Positions 33,591-41,256 of a stretch of DNA of 41,256 nt are shown piece by piece. Made by a program: the position numbers and the translations under genes. Numbering within the stretch: the stretch's first letter is position 1; each line of letters opens with the position of its first letter. The stretch comes from Verrucomicrobiota bacterium (GTDB taxonomy: Bacteria > Verrucomicrobiota > Verrucomicrobiia > Limisphaerales > SXQI01): contig JANRLX010000006.1 in the NCBI GenBank assembly GCA_033762115.1, positions 1-41,256 on the forward strand. Direction: 5' to 3'. The notes beneath the pieces were generated by a model. That model had not been told where the DNA came from. It saw nothing but the letters and a program-made list of their open reading frames with translations, and did not search any database.

Positions 33591-35858
33591 ATGAACAAAC
33601 AATTTTGGATTGTCGCAGTCCTGGCCGTGGGGATTCCTTTGGGAGGCGCGGAGGGGAATTTCAATTATGCGGAGGCGTTGCAGAAGACGCTTTATTTTTT
33701 TGAGGCGCAGCAGTCGGGGCGGTTGTCACCGAATAATCGAGTGGAGTGGCGTGGGCCATCGTGTTTGACGGATGGGCAGGATATTGGGCGGGATCTGGCG
33801 GGTGGGTGGTATGACGCGGGGGACCATTGGACGGCGAATTTAACGATGAGTTTCGCGGCAACGACGCTGGCGTGGTCCGCGATTGAGCATCCGCAGGGTT
33901 ATGTGAAGAGCGGGCAGATGGATGAGTTGCTGGAGAGCCTGATTTACGTGAATCAATATTTCCTGAAGTGCGTGCTGAACCCGGACTGCAAAGACCCGGC
34001 GAATGACCTGCAGGTGGCGATTGGTTGCGGGGGGCTTTCGGGAATTGACGGGCCATCGGTGCACTCGATGTGGGCGCCAGCGGAGGTGGCGCACCTGATG
34101 ACGATGCGTCCGACGTTTCGCGTGGATAAGGCGCATCCCGGTGGGGACATTCCAGCAGGGATGGCGGCATCAATGGCGGCGTCTTCGATGGTGATTCGCG
34201 ATCATGCGGCTGCGTTGAAGGGGAAGCGCGGTTATGAGGATTTCGATGCGGGGAAGTTCGCGGAGAGGTTGCTGGAACAAGCGGAAAAGTTGGTTGTTTT
34301 CGCACAGGCGAATTGCGGCGAGGTGATCACGAACAACATGCCGGAGGCGCGGCAGCAGGAGATTCGGAAGAAACGTTCGCAGGCGGTCCGTGCGGACGGC
34401 AAAGTGGTTGAGCTTGGGTATCGAGCCGATCCATTTGATAAAATATTTGTCGCAGCGACTTTCCTGCAGCGGGCGCATGCGGCGCGGGACCCAAAGTTCG
34501 GCACGAAGTGGGTCGATTTTGCGAACGAGATTTACGAGGGACCTTACAAGGCGGAGTGGAACCAGGATTGGTGGAAGGATTTCAGCGCCGGGAATTTCGG
34601 GAAGCTCGGCGCGTATAACATGATGCGGCTTGCGCCGGCAGAGGAGAAGTTCCACGCGGAGCTGCAGTTCTATTGCGTGCAGTTTTGCAATTACAAGAAG
34701 ACGCCGGGGGGGCTGCGGTTGCGCGAGTGGGATGCGCATGAGTACGGAAGTTTGCGCCACGCGAACAACGCTGCGGTGATCGCGATGTATTACAGCCAAC
34801 AGGTGGAGCAGGCGCCGGAGCTGAAGGGGAACCTTTGGTGGAAGAAAGGGCAGTCGAACGCGGAGTTGCGGGAGATGTTTTTTCGAGAAGCCAGGCGCCA
34901 GGTGGATTACGCGCTGGGAGCGAATCCGTATGGGCGCAGCTTTTTGGTTGGGTTCGGGAACGAGCCGTTCAACCATGTCCATCATCGGGGCGCTTACGGG
35001 GCGTGGGCCGGGTTTGAGCATTTCATCAAGGGTAAAGCGGATGATCGAGCGACGGCGCGGCACATTTTGTATGGGGCGCTGGTGGCGGGGCCGGATCACA
35101 ACGATGTTTTCCTGTGCGGCAAGGAGCAGCGGCCGTGGCTGCCGTCGCCGGATGGCAAAGGGTCGGAAACGTATTATAAATTCCCGAATCGCACCGAGCC
35201 GGTGCGCAAGGCGACGTATCAATTTGATCGAGCGGATCAACCGTTCCAGGATGTGATGGATTCGCAATTTAACGAGGTGGCGCTGGATTATAATGCGGGG
35301 TTTACAGCGAGCCTTGCTTTGTTGACGGCAAAGGGATTGAGCTCGGGGAGCGTGTTGCCGGATGCGCAATTTCCCCCGAAAGCGATGCGTGATGAGGGTG
35401 ATGATTTGCTCAAGACGGATCGGGAATTTTTCGTTTCGGCGAAACGGATTGCCGAGTCAGCAACCGGGGCTGAGATCGAGGCGACGGTTTGGAATCGCAG
35501 CCGGTGGCCGGCAGTTGTCTCGACGAACCTGAGTTTTCGTTATTATTTCACGCTGGATGGAAGCGTGCGGGTGGAGGATGTGCGGGCGAAGGTGAACGGA
35601 GCGAAGGCCGCGGTAAAAGTGGCCCCGGCGGGTGGCGGCAGGGAGGCGTTTGTGGAGGTGGGGTTTCCGGGTGAGGCGATTTATCCGGGGAATTTGGAAA
35701 CGGTGAAACGCACGTTGACATTGACGATTTCAGCGCCGGAGTGGAACGGGGGAAATGATTGGTCGCAGGCGGGAATGAGGGAGGAGACCCGGCTTCAAAG
35801 GAGAATCCCGGTTTACGAGGGCGGCAGGCGTGTTGGTGGGGAAGAACCGGGGAGATAG
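33591..35858 (+). CDS. GH9 glycoside hydrolase with C-terminal CBM3
   Basis: Signal peptide, DLAGGWYDAGD, HVHHRG, NEVALDYNAG and CBM3-like NRSRWPA...LSFRYYF...NDWS. Confidence 0.92.
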   Translation: MNKQFWIVAVLAVGIPLGGAEGNFNYAEALQKTLYFFEAQQSGRLSPNNRVEWRGPSCLTDGQDIGRDLAGGWYDAGDHWTANLTMSFAATTLAWSAIEHPQGYVKSGQMDELLESLIYVNQYFLKCVLNPDCKDPANDLQVAIGCGGLSGIDGPSVHSMWAPAEVAHLMTMRPTFRVDKAHPGGDIPAGMAASMAASSMVIRDHAAALKGKRGYEDFDAGKFAERLLEQAEKLVVFAQANCGEVITNNMPEARQQEIRKKRSQAVRADGKVVELGYRADPFDKIFVAATFLQRAHAARDPKFGTKWVDFANEIYEGPYKAEWNQDWWKDFSAGNFGKLGAYNMMRLAPAEEKFHAELQFYCVQFCNYKKTPGGLRLREWDAHEYGSLRHANNAAVIAMYYSQQVEQAPELKGNLWWKKGQSNAELREMFFREARRQVDYALGANPYGRSFLVGFGNEPFNHVHHRGAYGAWAGFEHFIKGKADDRATARHILYGALVAGPDHNDVFLCGKEQRPWLPSPDGKGSETYYKFPNRTEPVRKATYQFDRADQPFQDVMDSQFNEVALDYNAGFTASLALLTAKGLSSGSVLPDAQFPPKAMRDEGDDLLKTDREFFVSAKRIAESATGAEIEATVWNRSRWPAVVSTNLSFRYYFTLDGSVRVEDVRAKVNGAKAAVKVAPAGGGREAFVEVGFPGEAIYPGNLETVKRTLTLTISAPEWNGGNDWSQAGMREETRLQRRIPVYEGGRRVGGEEPGR

Positions 35859-35918
35859 TTGGCCTGGTTCGGTGTGCGCCTTATGAAGGGAACGTGCAGG
35901 GTGGGACGAGATTGAAGG

Positions 35919-38111
35919 TTAGAATTGGGCTGTGAGTGCGAGGCGGGCCTGGATGGGTTCGACAGGGTGGAAATGGATTTCGGTGGCGGATGGATCGCCG
36001 GGGCGGACGCGTGATTCATAGGCATAATCGATGTCGTGATCACGGCGGTCGAGGATGTTGAAGATTTCTGCTGAAAGGGTCCAGGTTTTGTTGAGTTGGC
36101 AGCCGGTCTGGAGTGCGAGGAGAATGGTTTCACCGGAGCGAAAGGAGTTGTCCTCGATCAAGGGTCTTGGACCGAAGTAACGAAGGCGAAGTGTGCCAAA
36201 GAGGCCGTTGGGATGTTGAGCGGTGATCCCTGCGGAAAGGACTGTTTGGATGGAGCCGGGAATGTGGTTGCCAGCGGGGTCGTGGTCACGGAATTGGGCA
36301 TGGGAGAGGGAAAAATCGGCATCGAGGGTGAGGGTTTTGGTGAGTGTGTAGTAGTTGGCAAATTCGATTCCGTATCTGCGACTGGGACGGCTGGGTTCGG
36401 TGGAGCCGGCATCGCCGACAAAAACCAGTTCGGAGTCAATATCGAGCCACCAGGCTGAAACAGAACTGTGGAGGCCGTGGATGGCGGTGGTGCGAAGGCC
36501 AATTTCTGCGGCATAGGTCTGAACGAGGGGGTCGGCCCTTTGAATGGGGTCGCCATTGGCATCGAGGGGGCTGCCGGTGATGGGATCGACGCGGGAAGTG
36601 ACGCCTCGTCCGTCGTTGCTGTGAAACCCCAAACCGCCCTGGATGTAGAGTTCGGTCTGAGCCCAGGGGCCGAAAATCAGGGTTGCTTTGGGGCTGGCGA
36701 TGGCATCGGTGCGGTTGGCTGAGTTTTCAGGGCGTGCGCTGGAGACGTCAAAGTTGAAAAGGTCGCCGCGAAGAGAGGCGACGGTGCGAAAGAGGGGTGT
36801 CCAAACGGTTTTGTTTTCGTAGTAAAGGCCGAGGCTTGTTTCGATGATGTCGTCCGAGCGGATTGTGGCGGGGATGGGGGCAAGGGTTGTGGAATCGATT
36901 TTATCGACGCGCAGGCGGCCCTGGGTGTTGTGCAAGCCGTTCTGGATGGCGTCGTTTTGGATCTGGAGTCCGAAGGTGTTTTCCGTTTCGTGTCCCAGGA
37001 GTTCGTTGAAAATTGTGTGGTGCGTGTTGAGCCCGGATGTTGCCCGTTTGTCAGTTTGTTCGAATTGATCGCCGCGATTGGTGTCCAGGAGGAAGTAGGT
37101 GAAGTTGGAGAATAAATCGAGATCGTAGTAGAAGGTGTAGAGGTTCATTTTGGTCAAGGAATGTCCGGTGTCCCGGTGCCATTCTCCTTGAAGGCTGTAT
37201 CGTTGGGAGTCGCCGCCGGTGGTGTCATCGAGGGAGGCAAAAATGGGAAGGAGTCCGGAGGAGACGGCGCTTTCGGCAACCTGATCACTGGAATCCCAGG
37301 CGCCGTGGTAGCCGCGAAAGGTGAGGCTGAATCCCTGGGCATCATCGCCCTGGCTGTAGGCAAGGACGCCGTTGAACTTTTGAAAGTCATCGGGATTGCG
37401 CCATGGGCCATCGAAATGAGATGCCTCAAGGGCGTAGAGGAGGTTGCCGGGACCGAGTTTTGGGGAGGAGGCGAACATTGCGCGAGCGTAGCCGTACATG
37501 CCGCCTTCAAGGATAGCGAGGCTTTGGGGAAGTGTTTTGAAGCTTTCCAAATGGGCTGCGCCTGCGGAAGAAAAATCTCCGTTGGCGGCGTAGTAGGCTC
37601 CTTTTTCGTAATTCACGCGATGGATCAGCTCCGGGATGACGATGTTCATATCGGTGTAGCCCTGCCCGTGGCCATGAGAGCGGAGGTTGATGGGCATGCC
37701 ATCGAGTTGGGTCAGGAAGTCGGTGCCGTGATCGAGGTTGAATCCGCGCAGGAAGTATTGGTTTGCTTTCCCTCCACCGGCATGCTGGGTGATGATGAGG
37801 CCAGGCACTGTTTCGAGAATCTCTCCGGTCCGCATTATCGGGCGAAGTTGGAGTTGAGACGCGCCGACTGTTCCCTGGGTGGCGGAATCGGCGATGCCAA
37901 CGAGGCTGTCTGCGCGTCCCTGCACGATGATTTCCGGAAGGGGGACGGGAGTTTGCGGGTCGGTGGTTGCCGAAGAGGTCCGTTGTTCCTTGAGTTCAGC
38001 GGCGGTCATGGCGAAGGGGATGAAGGCCACAGGATGGGCCAGGGCCATGGGAGAGAGGCAAAGCGTTAAAGGAGTGATTGCGGCGAATATTTGGGAAGTT
38101 CTGGTGCTCAT
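35919..38111 (-). CDS. TonB-dependent receptor
   Basis: Plug motif QHAGGGKANQYFLRGFNLDHGTDF, beta-barrel pattern and C-terminal Phe. Confidence 0.93.
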   Translation of the reverse strand: MSTRTSQIFAAITPLTLCLSPMALAHPVAFIPFAMTAAELKEQRTSSATTDPQTPVPLPEIIVQGRADSLVGIADSATQGTVGASQLQLRPIMRTGEILETVPGLIITQHAGGGKANQYFLRGFNLDHGTDFLTQLDGMPINLRSHGHGQGYTDMNIVIPELIHRVNYEKGAYYAANGDFSSAGAAHLESFKTLPQSLAILEGGMYGYARAMFASSPKLGPGNLLYALEASHFDGPWRNPDDFQKFNGVLAYSQGDDAQGFSLTFRGYHGAWDSSDQVAESAVSSGLLPIFASLDDTTGGDSQRYSLQGEWHRDTGHSLTKMNLYTFYYDLDLFSNFTYFLLDTNRGDQFEQTDKRATSGLNTHHTIFNELLGHETENTFGLQIQNDAIQNGLHNTQGRLRVDKIDSTTLAPIPATIRSDDIIETSLGLYYENKTVWTPLFRTVASLRGDLFNFDVSSARPENSANRTDAIASPKATLIFGPWAQTELYIQGGLGFHSNDGRGVTSRVDPITGSPLDANGDPIQRADPLVQTYAAEIGLRTTAIHGLHSSVSAWWLDIDSELVFVGDAGSTEPSRPSRRYGIEFANYYTLTKTLTLDADFSLSHAQFRDHDPAGNHIPGSIQTVLSAGITAQHPNGLFGTLRLRYFGPRPLIEDNSFRSGETILLALQTGCQLNKTWTLSAEIFNILDRRDHDIDYAYESRVRPGDPSATEIHFHPVEPIQARLALTAQF

Positions 38112-38152
38112 GATGCAATCAGGTTCAAGGATACTGGCGGATTGCCACCTGG

Positions 38153-38169
38153 ATGAAAATCATTTTCAT
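38153..38169. promoter_or_regulatory. Fur-family (Fur/Zur-like) box
   Basis: Perfect palindrome ATGAAAAT-C-ATTTTCAT, resembling the 7-1-7 TGATAAT-N-ATTATCA, about 40 nt upstream of the receptor start. Confidence 0.7.
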
Positions 38170-38259
38170 GAGGTGTGGGGAATTGGAAGAATGTGAGTGG
38201 CGGTGAGGGGCAGTGAAGAAAATTGACATGTGGTGGGAGTGGGATTAAAGGTTGGCGGG

Positions 38260-38634
38260 GTGCGTCAACGGATCCACATTATTTTTACGGCGTGGCTTTT
38301 AATCGTCTCGATTGGGGGGCGTTGGGAATTGTTGCAAACGGCCGCGTGGACAGGGATGTTGATCAGTTTCACGAAGACGGACAGTTTCGCGGTGGCGGTG
38401 GAGAAAACGTTTAAGGGTGATCGGCCCTGCCAATTGTGCAAGATTGTGAAGGAAGGGCGGGAATCGGAGCGGGAGCAGGAGCAATCAGTGGAGCAGGTGA
38501 AAATCGACTGGATGCTGGTTCAAGTGTCGCATGTGGTCTGGCCGTCCCGGGAGTTTTCCGCTCATCTGTCGTACAGTGAGCCGCACGATTTGTTTTTCAA
38601 TTTTCCAGAGACTCCTCCGCCCCGGTTCGTCTAA
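38260..38634 (+). CDS. DUF2946-like small protein (CxxC, Pro-rich C-terminus)
   Basis: Hydrophobic N-terminus, PCQLCK and terminal PETPPPRFV. Start uncertain (38230 or 38260). Confidence 0.7.
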   Translation: MRQRIHIIFTAWLLIVSIGGRWELLQTAAWTGMLISFTKTDSFAVAVEKTFKGDRPCQLCKIVKEGRESEREQEQSVEQVKIDWMLVQVSHVVWPSREFSAHLSYSEPHDLFFNFPETPPPRFV

Positions 38635-38832
38635 TCTTCAATTGGTTTCCATTCGTTCCTGATCAGGCTGATTGTTTATCATCAGCCAGTCGCCATCAGG
38701 AGGAAATTCCGAGTCATTTCAACGAGCAGGGCTGTGCCTTGCTTGTGGCAACCAACGATTTGGGCCACGGAGGGGCAGTTCAGTCAAACCCTTATTGTCC
38801 GGCCGAAGGCTGGAGAAGAAACTGGAATTTTA

Positions 38833-41256
38833 GTGAGTGAGTTTATCCGTCAATTTTCAAAGAAGTCAGCCCTGATCGCGCACTGCGTGAGAGGAAGGGG
38901 TTTTGCCGGAGGGTTTTTGTGGATGGCGCTGGTGGTGGCCTGCCAGGTGGGTTGTGTGGCGGAATCGGCAGGAAATTATTTCGAGGGAAGGCAAACGCAC
39001 CCGATCGCGATCACGCCGAACGGGCAAAGGCTTCTTGCGCTGAATACGCCGGAGGGGCGGCTTTCGGTGTTCGATATTTCGAGTCATTCAACTTCGAATG
39101 GTGTTCGGGTCATTTTGACGGATGAAATTCGAGTGGGGCTGGAGCCGGTGTCTGTGGCGGCGCGGACGGATGATGAAATCTGGGTGGTGAATGAGGTGTC
39201 GGACAGTGTGTCGATCATTTCATTGAGGAAGCGAGGGATCATTGAGACGCTTGCCTGCCCGGATGAGCCGAGCGACATCGCTTTCGCGCAAGGGAAGGCG
39301 TTCGTGACCTGTGCGCGGAACGGGATGTTGAGGGTTTTTGATGTTGAAACGCGGAGGGAAGTGGGAACGATCCCGTTGAAAGGGGAGTATCCGCGGACGA
39401 TTGCAGTTCATCCGAAGGGGGGATCGGTTTTCGTCACTTTTCATTTATCAGGAAATCAAACCACGATCCTCCCGGCGAATCTGGCGCCAGCTCCCCCGCC
39501 TCCAAGCAACCCGGCGCTGGCTCCTGCTCCGAAAACGGGGCTGATTGTTCCGGTGAGCGATCCGAGGGTGAAGTTCAAGGTGCTGGACCATGATGTTGCG
39601 GAGGTATCGGTTTCTGAGTTGCGCGTGGTGAATTATTTTTCGGGCGTTGGCACGGTGCTGTTTGACGCTGCGATCCGGCCGGGGACGGAGGAGTTGTGGG
39701 TGGCGAACACGGAGGCGTTGAACCTGATCCGGTTTGAACCGGAGTTGAAGGGGCATTTTATTGATAATCGGATCACGCAGTTAAACCTGACGAATGGGGC
39801 GGCGCATATCCGGGACCTGAACGGGGGGATTGATTACGGCCTGTTGCCGAATGAGGAGGCGTTAGCGACTTCGCTGGCGCAGCCGAGCGCGATTGTGTTT
39901 GCGTCTGACGGAACGCATGGCTGGGTGGCGGGGTTCGGCTCGGACCGGATCGCGAAAATATCGGCGGAAGGGGAATTTCTGCTGCGGGTGGATTTGCGAA
40001 TTCTTGCCGGCGATGATTTGTCGATTGGGACGCGGCGGATGAGGGGCCCGCGCGGGTTTGCGCTGGATGAGGGGAGGGGGCGGCTGTTTGTTTTGAACAA
40101 GCTGGCGAACAGCATCACTGTGGTGAACGGGGATAGGGGAGTGGTGGAAGCGGAATTTCCGGTGGGGACGCATGATCCGATGGCAGCGTCTGTGAAGGAA
40201 GGGAGAGGGTTTCTTTTTGATGCGCGGCTTTCAGGGAATGGAACGGTCTCCTGCGCTTCCTGCCATATCGATGCTGATCGGGATGGGCTTTCGTGGGATT
40301 TGGGCGATCCGGGAGGTCACATGATCACGGTGACGGGGAGGAACCTGGCAGCGCATGACCCGCGGCCACGAGCGCGAGAGATGCATCCGATGAAGGGGCC
40401 GATGTTGACGCAGACGTTGCGCGGGCTGGCGAAAAATCAGTTGCTGCACTGGCGGGGAGATCGCGCGACGCTGCATGATTTTAACGCCACGTACCGGGAT
40501 TTGATGGGAGGTTCGCTGGTGGAGGATGGAGATATTGAATCGTTGCAGGAGTATCTGGATACGTTGCGGCACCATCCGAACCCGAACCGAGGGTTGGATA
40601 ATTCGATGGGGACCTTGAATGGAGGGGACCCGAATCGAGGGCGGACGCTGTTCACCACTCATGTCAATCATTGTGGTGTTTGCCACGTTTTGCCGACGGG
40701 AACGGACAATAATATCGATGACCTGCGGAATCTCGCGGAGTCGCAGCCGATGAAAACGCCGCCAATGCAAACGGTGTATCAGCGCGCCCTGCTCGATACG
40801 CGCGAGGGAGCGACGAACACGACCGGCTTCGGGATGTTGCATGATGGTTCAGGCGGGAAGCAGGGGCTCCCGACGGTCCATTTTTATGAGCTGGATTCGC
40901 TGGGAGGAAAGGATTTTGCCGATGTCGCGGCGTTTGTTCTTTCGTTCGAAACGGGCATTGTGCCGGCGGTGGGGTTCAACCGGACGGTCACGGCGGCAAA
41001 CCGGGGAGATGAAGAGGTTTTGAGGTTGCTGGGCATTGTGGAGGCGCAAGCAGGCGCGGACTTGATTGCGGTGGGTTCGATCAATGGGCTGAAGCGACAG
41101 TTTTTGTATGACAAATCGGCGCTGAAATATCTTCCTGACAACAGTGGAGAGAGTTCGCTCACGCGAAGCGAGCTTCTGGGGATGATGGGAAGCTCTGACA
41201 GTCTGACATTTTTCGGCACTCCAGCGGGGGAAGGTCGGCGGGTGATCGACCGCAAC
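38833..41256 (+). CDS. YncE-like beta-propeller fused to a dihaem cytochrome c domain, runs off the window end
   Basis: Not in the ORF track. Hand-read segments include FEGRQTHPIAITPNGQRLLALNTP, VGLEPVSVAAR..DEIWVVNEVSDSVS, CASCH (40252) and CGVCH (40672), all in one frame. Start uncertain. Confidence 0.85.
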   Translation, partial: MSEFIRQFSKKSALIAHCVRGRGFAGGFLWMALVVACQVGCVAESAGNYFEGRQTHPIAITPNGQRLLALNTPEGRLSVFDISSHSTSNGVRVILTDEIRVGLEPVSVAARTDDEIWVVNEVSDSVSIISLRKRGIIETLACPDEPSDIAFAQGKAFVTCARNGMLRVFDVETRREVGTIPLKGEYPRTIAVHPKGGSVFVTFHLSGNQTTILPANLAPAPPPPSNPALAPAPKTGLIVPVSDPRVKFKVLDHDVAEVSVSELRVVNYFSGVGTVLFDAAIRPGTEELWVANTEALNLIRFEPELKGHFIDNRITQLNLTNGAAHIRDLNGGIDYGLLPNEEALATSLAQPSAIVFASDGTHGWVAGFGSDRIAKISAEGEFLLRVDLRILAGDDLSIGTRRMRGPRGFALDEGRGRLFVLNKLANSITVVNGDRGVVEAEFPVGTHDPMAASVKEGRGFLFDARLSGNGTVSCASCHIDADRDGLSWDLGDPGGHMITVTGRNLAAHDPRPRAREMHPMKGPMLTQTLRGLAKNQLLHWRGDRATLHDFNATYRDLMGGSLVEDGDIESLQEYLDTLRHHPNPNRGLDNSMGTLNGGDPNRGRTLFTTHVNHCGVCHVLPTGTDNNIDDLRNLAESQPMKTPPMQTVYQRALLDTREGATNTTGFGMLHDGSGGKQGLPTVHFYELDSLGGKDFADVAAFVLSFETGIVPAVGFNRTVTAANRGDEEVLRLLGIVEAQAGADLIAVGSINGLKRQFLYDKSALKYLPDNSGESSLTRSELLGMMGSSDSLTFFGTPAGEGRRVIDRN

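Overview
Bacterial chromosomal window, probably from Verrucomicrobiota/PVC (inferred from gene style, not proven). Left part: partial cytochrome b and Rieske protein, a lone short flagellin with a sigma28 promoter and CsrA-type leader, mlaEFD, an AT-richer two-gene DUF2335 insert, a membrane-anchored response regulator, ilvD, lpdA, a HEAT-repeat protein, a TetR/HlyD/ABC-2 efflux operon and glgB. Middle: an orphan AbiEi antitoxin, a membrane NERD protein, a decayed tRNA-Arg(ACG), and a C30-type carotenoid operon under a CarH/LitR B12 photoreceptor. Right part: an intact tRNA-Arg(UCG), then an AT-richer three-gene islet in which an SPPY DNA methyltransferase is flanked by two copies of the same unrecognised ~75-aa domain (best candidate for an undescribed system). 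It continues with an SGNH-like protein, GH9-CBM3, a TonB-dependent receptor with a Fur-like box, a DUF2946-like ORF and a partial beta-propeller/dihaem cytochrome c. The top strand switches from C-rich to G-rich across about 24-26 kb. All family calls come from motif recognition; no database search was run.
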